The notes: generated by a model from the sequence alone, not told the origin. Positions 40,795 to 53,500 are shown, numbered from the whole stretch's first letter. The stretch: DNA of 63,464 nucleotides, filler included, from Licmophora abbreviata (GCA_900291995.1; 14 parts of 14 records of this genome joined end to end with filler, not necessarily neighbours in it); one strand, 5' to 3'. A program made the numbers and translations.

Positions 40795-42594
40795 TCATGA
40801 CCGGTGATGCACGTCTTGCAGGCCATAAACCGGCGTGTCGATGCCGTGCATCCGCGCGGCGATCTGCAAGCTCAGGAACTGGGAATAGTGGCGTGACTGG
40901 TGCAGGTTGCCGCCATGCATCCACAGGTTCGGCACCTGGGTGGGTTTCCACATGTTGCGCTGCTCGCCCTCCCAAGGGCCTGGGTCCTTGGTGGTGTCAG
41001 AGCCAAGGCCCCAGCACTTGCCAAGCTGATCGGCCTTGTCCTGCCCCATGAGGTCTGCGACCCAGCCATTCATCGAGTTGTACCCCGTGGCATAGACGAT
41101 CACATCGGCATCGAGATGGGTGCCATCATCGAGGATCACGCCGGTTTCATCCACCTCCTTGACCTGACCACGCTTGAGCTTGATCTCTCCGTCGATGATC
41201 AACTGGCTGGCGCCGATGTCGATATAGTAGCCCGACCCGCGGCGCAGGTATTTCATGAACAGGCCGCTGTCATCATCCCCCCAATCAAGCCAGAACCCCG
41301 CCTTTTCGAGACCCTCGTAAAATTCTGCATCACGCTTCTTCATCTCGGCATAGGCTGGAATCTGGAATTCGTGCAGGATCGCGTAGGGCAGCGAGGCGAA
41401 GATCAGGTCCGCCTTCTCGGTCGTCACACCATTGGCCACCGCTTGTTCGGAATAGAGCGCACCGAGCCCCAAATCCATCAGCGTTTCCGAGCGCACGATA
41501 TGGGTCGAGGAGCGCTGCACCATGGTCACGTCGACGTCATTTTCCCAGAGCGCGGCACAGATGTCGTGGGCCGAGTTGTTGGACCCCACAACGACCGCCT
41601 TTTTGCCGCGATAGGCATCGGGGCCGGGATGCTGTGAGGAATGGTGTTGATCGCCCTTGAATTTCTCCATGCCGGGGAAATCGGGCATGCGTGCCTTGCC
41701 GGACATGCCGGTGGCCATGACAAGCTGTTTGGGGCGCAGAACCACCTCCTCGCCGTCGCGGTCCACGACCACGGTCCATTCCCCGGTGGTCTCATCGAAG
41801 CTGGCGGATTTGGCGGTGGTGCGCGTCCAGTAATTGAGCTCCATCACCTTGGTATACATCTCGAGCCAGTCGCCGATCTTGTCCTTGGGGCTGAAGACCG
41901 GCCAGTTCTCGGGGAATTTGATGTAGGGCAGATGATCGTACCAGACCGGGTCATGCAGGCAGAGCGACTTGTAGCGCTTGCGCCAGCTGTCGCCCGGGCG
42001 GTCGTTCTTTTCCACGATGATGGTCGGGACGCCAAGCTGGCGCATCCGAGCACCAAGCGCGATGCCGCCCTGTCCGCCGCCGATGATCACGCAATAGGGT
42101 TGGGTCTTGTAGCCAAGTTGCGCCTCTTCCTGCGCGCGCTCTTCGGCCCAAGTGGTGCGGTTCTTGCCCGCGCCGTGTTTGGCGCCGAGCGGGCGGTTGA
42201 CCCCTTTGGGCTCCTCATGGCCCTTGAGTTCGACCATGGTGGTGAGCAGGGTCCAGATCCTGCCCTCCTTCAGACGGATCAGCCCATAGCCGCGCGCCGC
42301 TTCGGTCTCGAAACTGATCCAGGCCGTGGTGACGCCGCCCTCCTCGGTGGGCAATTCGCCCTCGGCCAATCGCCAGCCCGAGGGTCTGGTTGTGGTCAAC
42401 TGGTGACGCAGCATGTCAGCGACCTGATCCTTGCCCTCCACCGTCTTGATATTCCAGGTGAAGGTCACGAGATCGCGCCAATAGCAATCGTCCAGAAACA
42501 TCTCCGTCGCGGCATCGATATCGCCAGCGTCCAGCGCCGCGCCGAAACTGTCCAGAAACGCCTGGGTCTGGTCCGTCAAACTTGTGTCGAGCAT
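40795..42594 (-). CDS. Class B flavoprotein monooxygenase with an N-terminal SnoaL/NTF2-like domain (type II FMO-like)
   Basis: YWRDLVTFTWNI, IIGGGQGG, GDSWRKRY.SL.LHDP, HSS.HPG, VVGSNNSAHD and VIVYATGY motifs; AGGGAGG RBS. Confidence 0.9.
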   Translation of the reverse strand: MLDTSLTDQTQAFLDSFGAALDAGDIDAATEMFLDDCYWRDLVTFTWNIKTVEGKDQVADMLRHQLTTTRPSGWRLAEGELPTEEGGVTTAWISFETEAARGYGLIRLKEGRIWTLLTTMVELKGHEEPKGVNRPLGAKHGAGKNRTTWAEERAQEEAQLGYKTQPYCVIIGGGQGGIALGARMRQLGVPTIIVEKNDRPGDSWRKRYKSLCLHDPVWYDHLPYIKFPENWPVFSPKDKIGDWLEMYTKVMELNYWTRTTAKSASFDETTGEWTVVVDRDGEEVVLRPKQLVMATGMSGKARMPDFPGMEKFKGDQHHSSQHPGPDAYRGKKAVVVGSNNSAHDICAALWENDVDVTMVQRSSTHIVRSETLMDLGLGALYSEQAVANGVTTEKADLIFASLPYAILHEFQIPAYAEMKKRDAEFYEGLEKAGFWLDWGDDDSGLFMKYLRRGSGYYIDIGASQLIIDGEIKLKRGQVKEVDETGVILDDGTHLDADVIVYATGYNSMNGWVADLMGQDKADQLGKCWGLGSDTTKDPGPWEGEQRNMWKPTQVPNLWMHGGNLHQSRHYSQFLSLQIAARMHGIDTPVYGLQDVHHRS

Positions 42595-42709
42595 TTTGTC
42601 CTCCCTTTGATCATTCGTCGGATCACCGGGGAAGCATGCGGGGGCGACGTCTGTCCGCCTACAGGAAATCGACTGATCCGGACAAAGGCAGGCGAATTTC
42701 GCGCAGTCC

Positions 42710-42725
42710 TGTTGCGCGCGCAACA
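42710..42725. promoter_or_regulatory. Perfect 16-bp palindrome TGTTGCGCGCGCAACA (TGT-N10-ACA), candidate activator site
   Basis: About 115 nt upstream of the monooxygenase ATG, directly after the regulator stop. Confidence 0.65.
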
Positions 42726-42747
42726 AGGCGCAACGGCGCGTTACGTG

Positions 42748-44490
42748 CTATTCTGGAGGTTTGAGGCCCAGTTTGCGGACACGTCTCAAGACGGTTGAAC
42801 GATTGACCCCGAGGCGCCGCGCCACCTGCGACATGTTCCACTGACAGGCGGCCAGCAGAGCTTCGAAATCGTGTTCTGGTTCCGCTTGGCTTGCCCGGAG
42901 GGGCGGACGCGGAGGAAGATCGGGCAGATCGATCACCTGACCATCGGCGGTCGCGAGGGCCGTCTCGAGGACATGCGCCAGTTCGCGGATATTGCCCGGC
43001 CAGTCCCGCCCGGCCAGCTCGGTCCGGGCGGCGGGTGTCAGGCGCATGTCCGACGGTGCGCGCCGCCGGAACAGCCGCTCCAGCATCCAGTCGAAATCGC
43101 GGCGCATTCGCAAAGCGGGGATCATCAGAACCGCACCGGAAAACCGAAAGAACAGATCGCTGCGGATCGGGTTGGTCGCCGCATCGAATTGCGGTCCGGC
43201 CGTGGCGATCACCCGAAGATCGTCCCGGTCATCCAGCAGCCAGAGAAGCGCGCCCTGCGCCTCGGCGCAGAGGTCTTCGACACCGCGCAGGAAAAGAGTT
43301 CCGGGTGCCGCCTTGGCAAGCGCCCTGACCGCTTCGGCCGTGAGCCCCGCGCAACGCAGCGCGTGGAAGCTATGCCCCGATGCGCCGGACACGTGAATGG
43401 CCCGCGCAAGATATTCCTTGCCGGTTCCGGTTTCCCCCAGGATTGTGACGGGCACCGACGTCCGCGCCAGCCGGCACGCGCGCTGCGCCAGCTCTTCCAT
43501 CACCGGATCGGGGCCCGAGATGCCAGACAATGCCCCCAGTTGGGCCTTGGCGCGACCACGCGATGTCACCGGTGTGGATTGCGGTGCGATCGCGTGACCG
43601 AACAAAGCGCGACCGTCCTTGAGGCGCAGCACGCGCTCTTCGGTGGGCCTGCCGCGCATGAGGTTGGGCAGGTCATCCACCGACACTTCCAGGAGGTCAT
43701 CGATATGCCGCCCGATCAGGCTTGCGGAGTGATCCGGGCAAAGCTGTTCAGCCCCTTTCGTCATGCCGATGATCCGGCCTGAACCATTCAGCGACACAGC
43801 CGCTTCGGGATCGACATCGAGAAACTCGGGCGAGGTCGAGAACCGCAACACCCAGTCGCGACGGCTGCTGGCCATGAGGTTCGCCATCTCGACCCGGCGC
43901 GCCGAGGCGGTGACCAGCGACAGGGCAAGGTTCTGGCTGGATTTGGGGCTGGGTGACCGCGACAGCGAGATGTCGAGCACAGCCGTCAGCTGCCCGCTCG
44001 TGTCATAGATCGGCGCTGCTGTACAAGAGAGCGGCGTATGAGCCAGCCCGAAATGGTCACTCTGGTGGATGGTGATCGCCTCGCCGGTCACGAGACAAGA
44101 CCCCACGCCACATGTGCCTGCGAGATCTTCGGACCAATCAGAGCCAAGATAGAGCCCCGCCTGTCGCAGATCGTCTTCGAAGCGGGGGTCGCCGAAGAAA
44201 TCGACGCAGACACCCTTGGCGTCGGCCAGGAGCAATACGTAATTCTGCCCCGCCACCTGCCTGAACAGGGTCTGAAGCCCGGATCGCGCAATGGCGATCA
44301 GCCGCTCGGATTGCTCCCGGTGCTCGCGCAGTCGGGTTTCGGACACGATATAGGCCGGGTCAGGGCGGGTCGGGTCCATGCCGTAATGCTCGACGCAGCG
44401 TCGCCAACTGTCGCTCACCAGCCGGTCCCGGCCGGTTTCCTCGCCATTGAGGACGCGGTCGATCTCGCTGATATGCTCCCTGTCCAACAT
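42748..44490 (-). CDS. GAF-PAS-degenerate AAA+-Fis HTH transcriptional regulator (AcoR/AcxR-like)
   Basis: SWRRC, G.DWSE..AGTCGVG and LSCTAAPI (GAF); GETGTGKE; WPGNIREL; WNMSQVARRLGVNRSTV. GAFTGA is absent. Confidence 0.9.
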   Translation of the reverse strand: MLDREHISEIDRVLNGEETGRDRLVSDSWRRCVEHYGMDPTRPDPAYIVSETRLREHREQSERLIAIARSGLQTLFRQVAGQNYVLLLADAKGVCVDFFGDPRFEDDLRQAGLYLGSDWSEDLAGTCGVGSCLVTGEAITIHQSDHFGLAHTPLSCTAAPIYDTSGQLTAVLDISLSRSPSPKSSQNLALSLVTASARRVEMANLMASSRRDWVLRFSTSPEFLDVDPEAAVSLNGSGRIIGMTKGAEQLCPDHSASLIGRHIDDLLEVSVDDLPNLMRGRPTEERVLRLKDGRALFGHAIAPQSTPVTSRGRAKAQLGALSGISGPDPVMEELAQRACRLARTSVPVTILGETGTGKEYLARAIHVSGASGHSFHALRCAGLTAEAVRALAKAAPGTLFLRGVEDLCAEAQGALLWLLDDRDDLRVIATAGPQFDAATNPIRSDLFFRFSGAVLMIPALRMRRDFDWMLERLFRRRAPSDMRLTPAARTELAGRDWPGNIRELAHVLETALATADGQVIDLPDLPPRPPLRASQAEPEHDFEALLAACQWNMSQVARRLGVNRSTVLRRVRKLGLKPPE

Positions 44491-44593
44491 GCGGCCTCCC
44501 TTTGCGACAGGCTACCTCAGACGCGCCAAATCGCAAAAGGTTTGCTTCGGCCTTGCCATGCGGGCCGCGGTGTCCGGGGAGAGGCGGCCCTGC

Positions 44594-47500
44594 TTAGGGT
44601 TGGGCCGCCTCCGCGTCGTCGTCGTCGGACAGGATGAAGCTTGTCAGGCGCACTTCGGTGTCACGCTCAGGCGGGTGCAACGCCGTGAGCCGTGTCAGGC
44701 GCTGCGGCCAGCCAAGGATCCCGGTTTCCACGCCCACCCCGAAGGCAAAGCCCTGCCCGCCGTTCAGGTCCACGCCGCCGAGACGGCGGTTCAGCACGAT
44801 AACCGTGCCGCCCGATCCGTCGATTGGAAATCCGTCGGCAATGGTATCGAGGCTGATGTCATTGCGGATGTCGAAGGTCATGACCCCGGCATTGATGGCA
44901 AGAACCTGCGTATCCGCGACGGTCGAGAGCGACTGGTAGGACGTTTCGGCCAGCAGGTCGAAGGTGCCCTGACGGAACCAGACCTTGTTGCCGATGCGGA
45001 TGTCCCGCCCGATCAGGACTGGGCCTGCGTGGCTGACATCGCCGTTCCGGATGTAGCCGGTTGTCAGGGTCAGGGTGCCGGTGGAGCCAAAGACACGGCT
45101 GCGATCCGTCAGAAGCGGGCGCGGATTGTCGAAATACCGGCCTTCCGGGATGAACGGGCGCACGCCCGCGCCGACCGAGGCGATGAGCGCACGCTCGGCC
45201 AGCCCACCTGCCGCATCGGTGATCGTCAGGTCAAGCCCATCCGCAGGGGTGGCGTCGTGCAGCATGACATCCACATCGTCACCGACAAGATCGAGAGTGA
45301 GTTGCCCGCCGACCAGCCCCGCCCAGATGACACTGCCCAGATTGCGGGTCAGAAGATCGAGGTTGCGGGGCGAGCGTGCCTCGCGCAGCCCATAGACAGC
45401 CGGGTTGACCAGTTGCAGAGCGACCTCGTCGGCCAGATCGATGCGCGACTCACCGATCATGGTGATGGTCAGGCGATCGCCCGCGACAAGGCGCAGGTCG
45501 CCATTGGCGCCGAGGATGCCCAGTGTCATGTTGCCCGGAGCCGAGAGATCGAGGCTGCCCTGATCGGAGAGGGCGAAGCCTGCGCGCAGATTGCCCGTGG
45601 CTTCGGCATAGGTCACGTCACCGCTGCCAAAGAGATAGAGGTTGGAGGCATCGGGTATATCCGCGCTGAAGGCGCCGCCTGCGGTGCCGCCGATCCGCCC
45701 GTCGAGGGCAAAAAGCCGGATGTCCGATCCGGAGATCAGCGCGCCGTCGGACACCAGATCGCCAAGCGCGGTGGTCAGGACGACGGGCTGGCTGGCCAGC
45801 GCGCTGACCGTGCCGACCTGCATCAGGCCGTTGCCGAAGATGTCGATCAGGCCGTCCCGCGCGATGACGCTTTGCAGGTCGATGCCATCGCGTTCGTTCA
45901 GATGCACCGGCCCGGTCGTCACGTCGAGATCCAGTTGATCGAGAGCGACCCCGAGGCCATCGGGACCGACCGGGACCAGCGCGCCCAAGCGCAGCACCGA
46001 CAGAGCGCCATCGGCATTGGCCAGCAGTTGCGGGCCGGCCTGCCCGGGTGCGATGGACAGGCTGCCGTCCACGGTCAGGTTGAGGGCGTTCGCCGTGGCG
46101 TTCAGGGTCTCGATCCGCGCAAGGCGCAGATTGCCGCCCACATCGACGAGGATCGTTCCCGTGCCCGATTGCATCGCGGATCCGGCGGTCTGTTCCATGT
46201 CGTTCGTCACCGACACGTCAAGCGTGCCGCCAAGACTGTCGACAAGGCTGTTGGCGGCCTGCGTGAGACGGAATGCGGTCACCTCGACCGGTCCGCCACT
46301 CAAGACGCGCGCGCCTTCGGCCATCGCCAGCAGCGCGTCGGTGCTCAGGGTGACAGGCCCGCCGCTGGAGTCGACCAGAACGTTCTGCCCAAGCGAGAGA
46401 CCGTTGGTTGCGTCAAGGTCTATATCGCCCGTGCGCGAGAGTATGTCGGCGAAGGCCTCGAACTCACCGGCCTGAAGGAGGATGGTGCCGCCTTGGGTCG
46501 TCATGCCGGGACCTGCCAGCAGCGTCAGTGCGACATTGGGCGCGGCGATGTCGATCTGGCCCGCGCCGCCGGCAGCGATCATTTCGATATCGGTGGCGCG
46601 GCTGCGCAGACCGAGGACGATATCGCCCGAGACGGACTGGGCGCGCAAGGTGCCGGCTATCAGGTCCATCCGGGTTCCGGTGCCGATCCCCCCGGGCGTG
46701 CCGTTGGCCAAGAGGTTGATCCGCGCGGCGGCAATGCGCCCGTTCAGGATGGAGGCCGCCGTGAGCGTCGCGTTGGCGGGTGTCGTGATTGTGCCGATGC
46801 TGAGCGCACCGCCAGCGGTCACGGTCACGTCGGAGCCTGCNNNNNNNNNNNNNNNNNNNNNNNNNNNNNNNNNNNNNNNNNNNNTTAATTAATTAANNNN
46901 NNNNNNNNNNNNNNNNNNNNNNNNNNNNNNNNNNNNNNNNAACAGCGTGCCACCCGCGATGTCGGTCCCGGTGCTGGCCGACAGGTCGATGCCCTGCTGC
47001 GCGATCAGAGCCAGCGTGGATGTGGGCGCGAAGATGATCGTGTCCAAACTGATCAGGGCAAAGGCGCCCGTCGCCGCGATCTGCCCGCCAACGGCCAGCC
47101 GCGCGTTTTCCAACCGCAGGTCACCCTGGGCGGTCAAATAGGCGTCGCCCGTCGTCGTGGTCAGATCCAGTGCCCCGGCAGGGTCGGTGATCTCGATGAC
47201 CAGAGGCGCGGTGGGTGTGCCGATCTCGGTCGCTTCAAGCGTCACATCGGCCGCGCGCAGACGCACAGCGCCGGTGCCGACCGTGTCGGTGATCCGGCCC
47301 CCGGCCCGCAGCACAAGCGGCCCGCCCGAGAAGAGTTCCGCGAGGGGCGCATCGCCAAGCGTGGTCAGGAAGACCCCAGTGCCGCCGCGCGCGATCAGGC
47401 TGCCATCGGTCAGGATATCGAGGCTCAGAGGCGCGTCCGGTGTTCCGATGGCTGCGAAATTGCCCGATTCCAGCAAGATGTTCAGCCCCGTTATGGCGGC

Positions 47501-50500
47501 GCTGCCGACCGGGCTTGCGTCGAAGATCGTGCCATCCACCTTGAGTTCCACATCGCCGGTCGTGTCGATCTGCGCGACCGAGACCGGAGCCTCGGAGCCC
47601 AGGAAGACATCACCGGTGGTGGTGCCGACAGTCAGCGCGCCCAGTGGCCGGTCTGATGCGTCCAGCGCCGTGAGGGCGATGTTCAGGTCATCGCGGCGGG
47701 CGACAGTGATCCGCGGGCCGTCGATGGTGATGTCGTTGCGCTCGGCCGCGGCAAGGACACGCAGATCCTCGGCCCGGTCGCTGCCCACGACATAGGGCTC
47801 AAGCAAGGCGCCGAGGCCGTTTGCAGTCAACGTGATGTCGCCAGCCGCGAGGATGTTCGGATTTTCGACGCGGATATTGGTATCCCCGGTGCCACGGATC
47901 AGACCCACGCGCAGCCATGAGTCGAGTTCTTCTCGTGTCCAGGAGGCGCCTTCGAGCACCGCGACACGCTCTTCGGCGGTTACGGCATGGCTGTAGGCCG
48001 GGTCAAAGGCCGCGTCCGCATTCCACAGGTCGTAAAGGGCCTGCCGTTCGGCGACATAAGCCGCGATCCGAGCATCCGACCAGCCATCGGCGCGCAGAGC
48101 GGTTTCGGTCGCGGACTCCAGCGCGAAGGTGAGCGGCGCACCGCCCGCATCGGTGCGGTCCTGCCAATAGGCGCGGTAGCTGCGTTCGCGTTCGGCCTTG
48201 AGTGCGGCCACCTGTTCGGCGGCGCGCGCCGCAATAGCGGCATCTCCGAAGAGGCCCAGGTCGCTCGACCACAGGTCCAGCAGCTCTGCCTCGGTCCGCA
48301 GGTCGCGGCGTTCGATGTCGTTGGCATCGAGCACAAGGCCGGATGCCACCGACAGCGTGACCGATCCGAGCGACGAGGTGACCTCGCGCAGGTTCAGGTC
48401 GCCCGCCTCGTCAATCAGATCGACATTCCCACGCGAACGGACGGTCAGGCCTCGGCCTTCTTCGCGCAGCACCAGAGGTGCCGAGGCGGTGCCGATCGTG
48501 CCATTCGTCGAGACCAGTTCGATCGCCGAACCTTCGACATGAGGGCCAGCGCCCGAGCCGAGGATCGCACCATCGGCGGTCAGCCGGATCGCCCCGGTCA
48601 CCGCGCGGGTTGGATCGCTGTCCCGAGCGGTTGTGCGGGCCGTCAGGACGTTCATGTCACCCGAAAGCTCGCGCAGGTCGATCCCGGTGAGGGCCGTCGC
48701 GGTCAGGGTGGACCCGGGGGTCTGATCGACCCGGAATTCGGTGCCCATGCCGCCGATCCGTCCGCCCAGACCCGAGAAGGTCGCACTGCCCACATCGACG
48801 ACGATCGAAGCATCGGTGGTCACAAGCGAGCCGCCGGTCGACTGGATGGTCGTCATGCCCAACTGGTTGCGCACCGCGCCCGCCAATTGCACGTCACCCA
48901 CACTGCGCACATTCAGCCCGGCGGCATCCGTGCCGTCAAAGGTGATGGCGATGGGATTGTCGGCCTTCAGGCGATGCGAATAGAGCAGTGTCGACGTCTC
49001 CTGCGAGGTGACGGTTTCTGTCCGCTTGCCCACAAAGCGCGAGCCTTTGACATCCACCTCAAGCACTTCGTACAAAAACTCCGTCCGCTCCGCCGTCAAG
49101 CGATAGGGGGCGGTCAGGTCGGTTGTCGCCGTGGCCAGGTAGGTTCCGCTTTTTCCGGTGAAGATCTCGGCATCCAGCTCTATCGTCTCGGTTTCGATCT
49201 CTTCGCTCACGATCTCGTCCCCGGTTAAATTGAAGAAGATGAGGAAGGTGGCCGTTGTTATGTCCTCGAAGGTCCGCACGACCGTTTCCGCGCGATTGGT
49301 GACCAGTTCCTGCCGCTCTTTCGTGGCATAGCTGGCGCTGCGCCCTCCGCCTGCGGTGGTCGTCGAGACGAGATTGGTGGGATTGATCCGCGTCGCATCG
49401 GTGATGCCGTCCGCGTCGAAATCCAGGTCGATGATGTCGAAGGTCTGGTTGTCGAGAACCCGCAGTTCCGATCCGATCCGGCGGTATTCGGTGATGAGGA
49501 AATCCCCGCCGACGGTGCGGCTGGTGTCGGTGATCCGAACGCGCCCCTCGACGCCCTCGGGCGTGTTCGCGCCGGTATCCATCCGGGCCAGCCGGACCGG
49601 GCGGGTCGAGTCGTTGACCACGTTTATGGAGCCGAACCCATCGAGGGAGCGGATCTCGCCGCCGCCGGTCGAAAAGACCTTGCCGACGATCTCGACCACG
49701 CCGCCCTGCACGATCATCGGANNNNNNNNNNNNNNNNNNNNNNNNNNNNNNNNNNNNNNNNNNNNTTAATTAATTAANNNNNNNNNNNNNNNNNNNNNNN
49801 NNNNNNNNNNNNNNNNNNNNNATTATCGTCGAGCGCGGTGGGATCGAAGCGCACGAAGACATCGCTTGTGATGTTCGGATTGCGCACGATGTTGGTGCCG
49901 GTGGCGGTGACGATGAAGGGCTCGGAGGGATCGTAGAGCATCTCGAGCTTGGTGGTGCCGGCCAGGGTATCGAGGAAGGCGTCGATGCCGGCGTCGATCT
50001 GCACATCGAAGCTGCCGCGCCCGGCCTGGATCAGGCCGTTCACGTTCAGCTGGTCCGCCGAGATATAGACGTTGCGACCGGCCTGAATGCGGCCCCGGCG
50101 CGGCGCCAGTTCGAATTCGGGGAGCCTTCTGGCAAGGCTGCCAGAGATCCTGCCGGTCTCCGCAAGCCCAATGCGGACGGTATCCTCGACCTTGTCGAAG
50201 AAGCTGTCATAAATCTCGGCCGGGTCGCCATCGACATGGCGGATGCCCAGGGTGAAGCCCTGCAGGAAGTCGCGCCCGGCGCGCAAATCTATGGTGCGCG
50301 CGGTGATGTCGTCGCGGACATCCAGATCGCCTTCGTTCGAGTTGAAGAACGCAAGGCCCGCAACATTGCTGATCGCGCCGCCGACGATGATCGAGCCTTC
50401 GCCGAAGGTGACGACCTCGATCTTGGATTCACCGCTGCTGACCCCGGAAATCATGGTGTAGCTGTCGGGACCGGGGCGGGTCGGATCGGACAGGGCGGTG

Positions 50501-53500
50501 ATGTCGGCCGGGGTGGTCACCGTGACATCGTTGAAGAAGATGCGCCCGCCGTCCCCGATGGGGATATCCATGCCCTTGGTGTTGATGAAGCGCGCCCGGG
50601 CGCCATCGCGCACATAGGAATGCACGATGATCTCGGCGTTGACGGGCGCATCCAGCGTTCCGGTCGCCCTTCCGTGGACATAATCCGCGCGCAGAACGAT
50701 ATCGCCCTGGGCTGCGACGATATCCTCGAGATCGAGGAAATCCGCGGTGCCCGCGATGTCGCGCAGCGCCAGGGTCGCGACCTCGGCCTCCCAGGCGGCA
50801 ACCGCTTCGGCATCCTCACTCAGGATCGGGTCCTCCAGCAAGGCGGTCAGAAGTTCGATCCGTTCCAGAACCTCGTTGGCGATCGAGATGTTCCGGCGGA
50901 TCGACCAGGTGATCCCGTCAACCATGTCGTTGGTATACGGCCCGATGCGTGCGTTCTGGATGGCGCCATCCTCGTTGATTACGAGGATCTGCTTGTTGCG
51001 GGATCCGGCGCGCACATAGCCGTTCACGAGGATGCCGTCATTCGACAAGTCCTGAGCCGAGCCGGACTCGATATCGAGGCTGACGGGGTCGCCGCCGAAG
51101 GCCTCGCTGATGGCGGTGCCCAGTTCGGCCAGAACCTCGCGGTAGAGGTCCTTGCCGCGGCCATAGCCCACGACCTCGCGTTCGCCCGCCTCGGAGAACA
51201 GATAGACGTCGCGCACAGCGACAACGCGGGCGCCTTCCTGCACGTCGATGATCGATGTGGTGTTGGCCACCGCGTCAGCCGCCGGGTCCGACGGGATCGG
51301 GATGGCGGTCTTGTTGAAGAGCCGCGTCTCGGCGCGCAGGTCCACCGCTTGTGTCCCGTTCGCGCCATAGCCCGCACCGATGCGGATATCACCGAGGCTC
51401 TGCACATTGGCGCCATCCTGAAGCACGACTCGGTTGTCGGAGTTCAGCGTTACCGCGCTGGTCCCGGTCGCGGCGCCGGCGAGACCATAGGAATTGGCGT
51501 TCACCTCGGCGGTGAGAGCGGCGTCGCCACCGGCCCGCAGGGTTATGTCATCGACTGCCAGAAGATCGGCGCTGCCGATGGTCAGGGTCGCATCGCTGGC
51601 GATCACCTCGATGCGCGAGACGCCACGCGGCGTGGCGATGGCGCCGCCTGCATCAAGGTTGAGGCTGTCAACAACCGACAGCACATTGCGCGCCGCCAGC
51701 GCGAAGGCCTCGGCGCTGCCGCGCGTGCCGGTCTGAATGATGGAGGCGCCATCATTCACGGTGAGATCCGTGCGGACGGCCAGTTCGATGTCGCTGACCA
51801 TGGCCGCTGCGTCGAACACGCCGCCGGAGCCCGACTGCATGTTGAAACCGTCTTCGGGCCGGTTCACCGCGTTGGTGGCCGTGATCTCGATCGCGTCTGC
51901 CGTGATCGCGACGCCCGCGCCGAGGGTCCCCGCGACGGTGCTNNNNNNNNNNNNNNNNNNNNNNNNNNNNNNNNNNNNNNNNNNNNTTAATTAATTAANN
52001 NNNNNNNNNNNNNNNNNNNNNNNNNNNNNNNNNNNNNNNNNNCACGCGGCTGGTATCTTCGGCCTCGACCGTCACGTCCTCGGCGTTGATGCGGATATCG
52101 GCGATGTCGATATTCGTGCCGCCCGAATGGGTGGCCGAAGAGACGACAAGCCCTGCACCGCCGACAAGTGACAGGCTCGCATTGTTGACATCGACCTCGA
52201 CGAGGCCGGCCCGGGTGGCCGAAAGGTTGACGTCGGTCGCCCGTCTGCCGGTATATCCGCCGATCCCGACGCCTGCGCCAAGGGTCAGCCCCGAGGTACC
52301 ATTCACGGTCGTCGTCACGACGCCGACGCCCACCGCGTATCCCGCCGATGCGGTCAGGGTATAACCGGTCGCGGTCAGCAGGTTCTCACCGGTGATCGCA
52401 CCGTTGAACGCCGACAGGGCGACGTCGCCATCCGCGCGAAGGCGCGCATTGGAGCCGAGGTCGATGCCAACTGATGTCGAGAGGTTCGAGACACCGACGC
52501 CGCTGGTGCTGCCGCCGAAGATCGCAGCGGACAGGCCGCCGGTGGTCTGGGTGACGGATGTCGTCGCATCGGCGCGCAGCGTCATGTTTCCACGCGTTTC
52601 CAGAAGAACATCGCTGCCCAGCCTTACCGCCACGGAATCGGTGTCCGCCGGGCCGTTCAGCGAGATGGACTGGCGTTCCGCCGCCACCGAGGCGCGGCTG
52701 TCATCCGCCCCGGCAAAGACCATCAGGCCACCGGCGGTATTCTGGCGGTCTTCGTCGGTCAGGCCGGGTTCCTCGGCCTTGAGATCCGAGGCGAATTCGT
52801 CCTGCGCGCCGTTCAGCAGGGTGTCGCGGTTGCCCGCCGTATCGTCGGCACGCGCGCCCATGTCGATCACACCGAGTGCTGCATTGACGGCGAAGGCCGC
52901 ACCGCCAAGCGCCACGACCGACGAGGTCACCCGGCGTTCGGACAGTGCTTCGATTGTGAGATTTTGGGTCGAGGCGGCGGGATCGCTCAGACGCGCCGCG
53001 CCGGGATCGGCCTCGATCCGGGTGTTGTCCCCGACGATGACCCGGGTCGTGCCGGCAAAGCGCGCATAATCGAGAGAGGCCCCGCCGCCGAGGGCGCCCA
53101 CACCAAGGGAGCCGGCCAGGCCGGTGATCGAGACAACATCGTTTGCGCGCAGCGTCAGGGCCGCGTCGGCCTGAAGGGATTNNNNNNNNNNNNNNNNNNN
53201 NNNNNNNNNNNNNNNNNNNNNNNNNTTAATTAATTAANNNNNNNNNNNNNNNNNNNNNNNNNNNNNNNNNNNNNNNNNNNNGAGCGAATCGAACACCGTG
53301 ACCTGCACGCCGCCCGAGGCGCCCACGGCACCGCCCGCGGCGGCACCGACCACGGCCGTGCTGTCGCTGTCGACATTGGCCGCAAGGGTCAGGTCGCGCC
53401 CGGCGGTGATGGTCGCGCCATCGACATCGACCAGCGCCTGAGCGCCCAGAATGCTGACCCCGGCATTGGCCGCGGCGCCGACGAAGCCGCCCGCAAGGCC

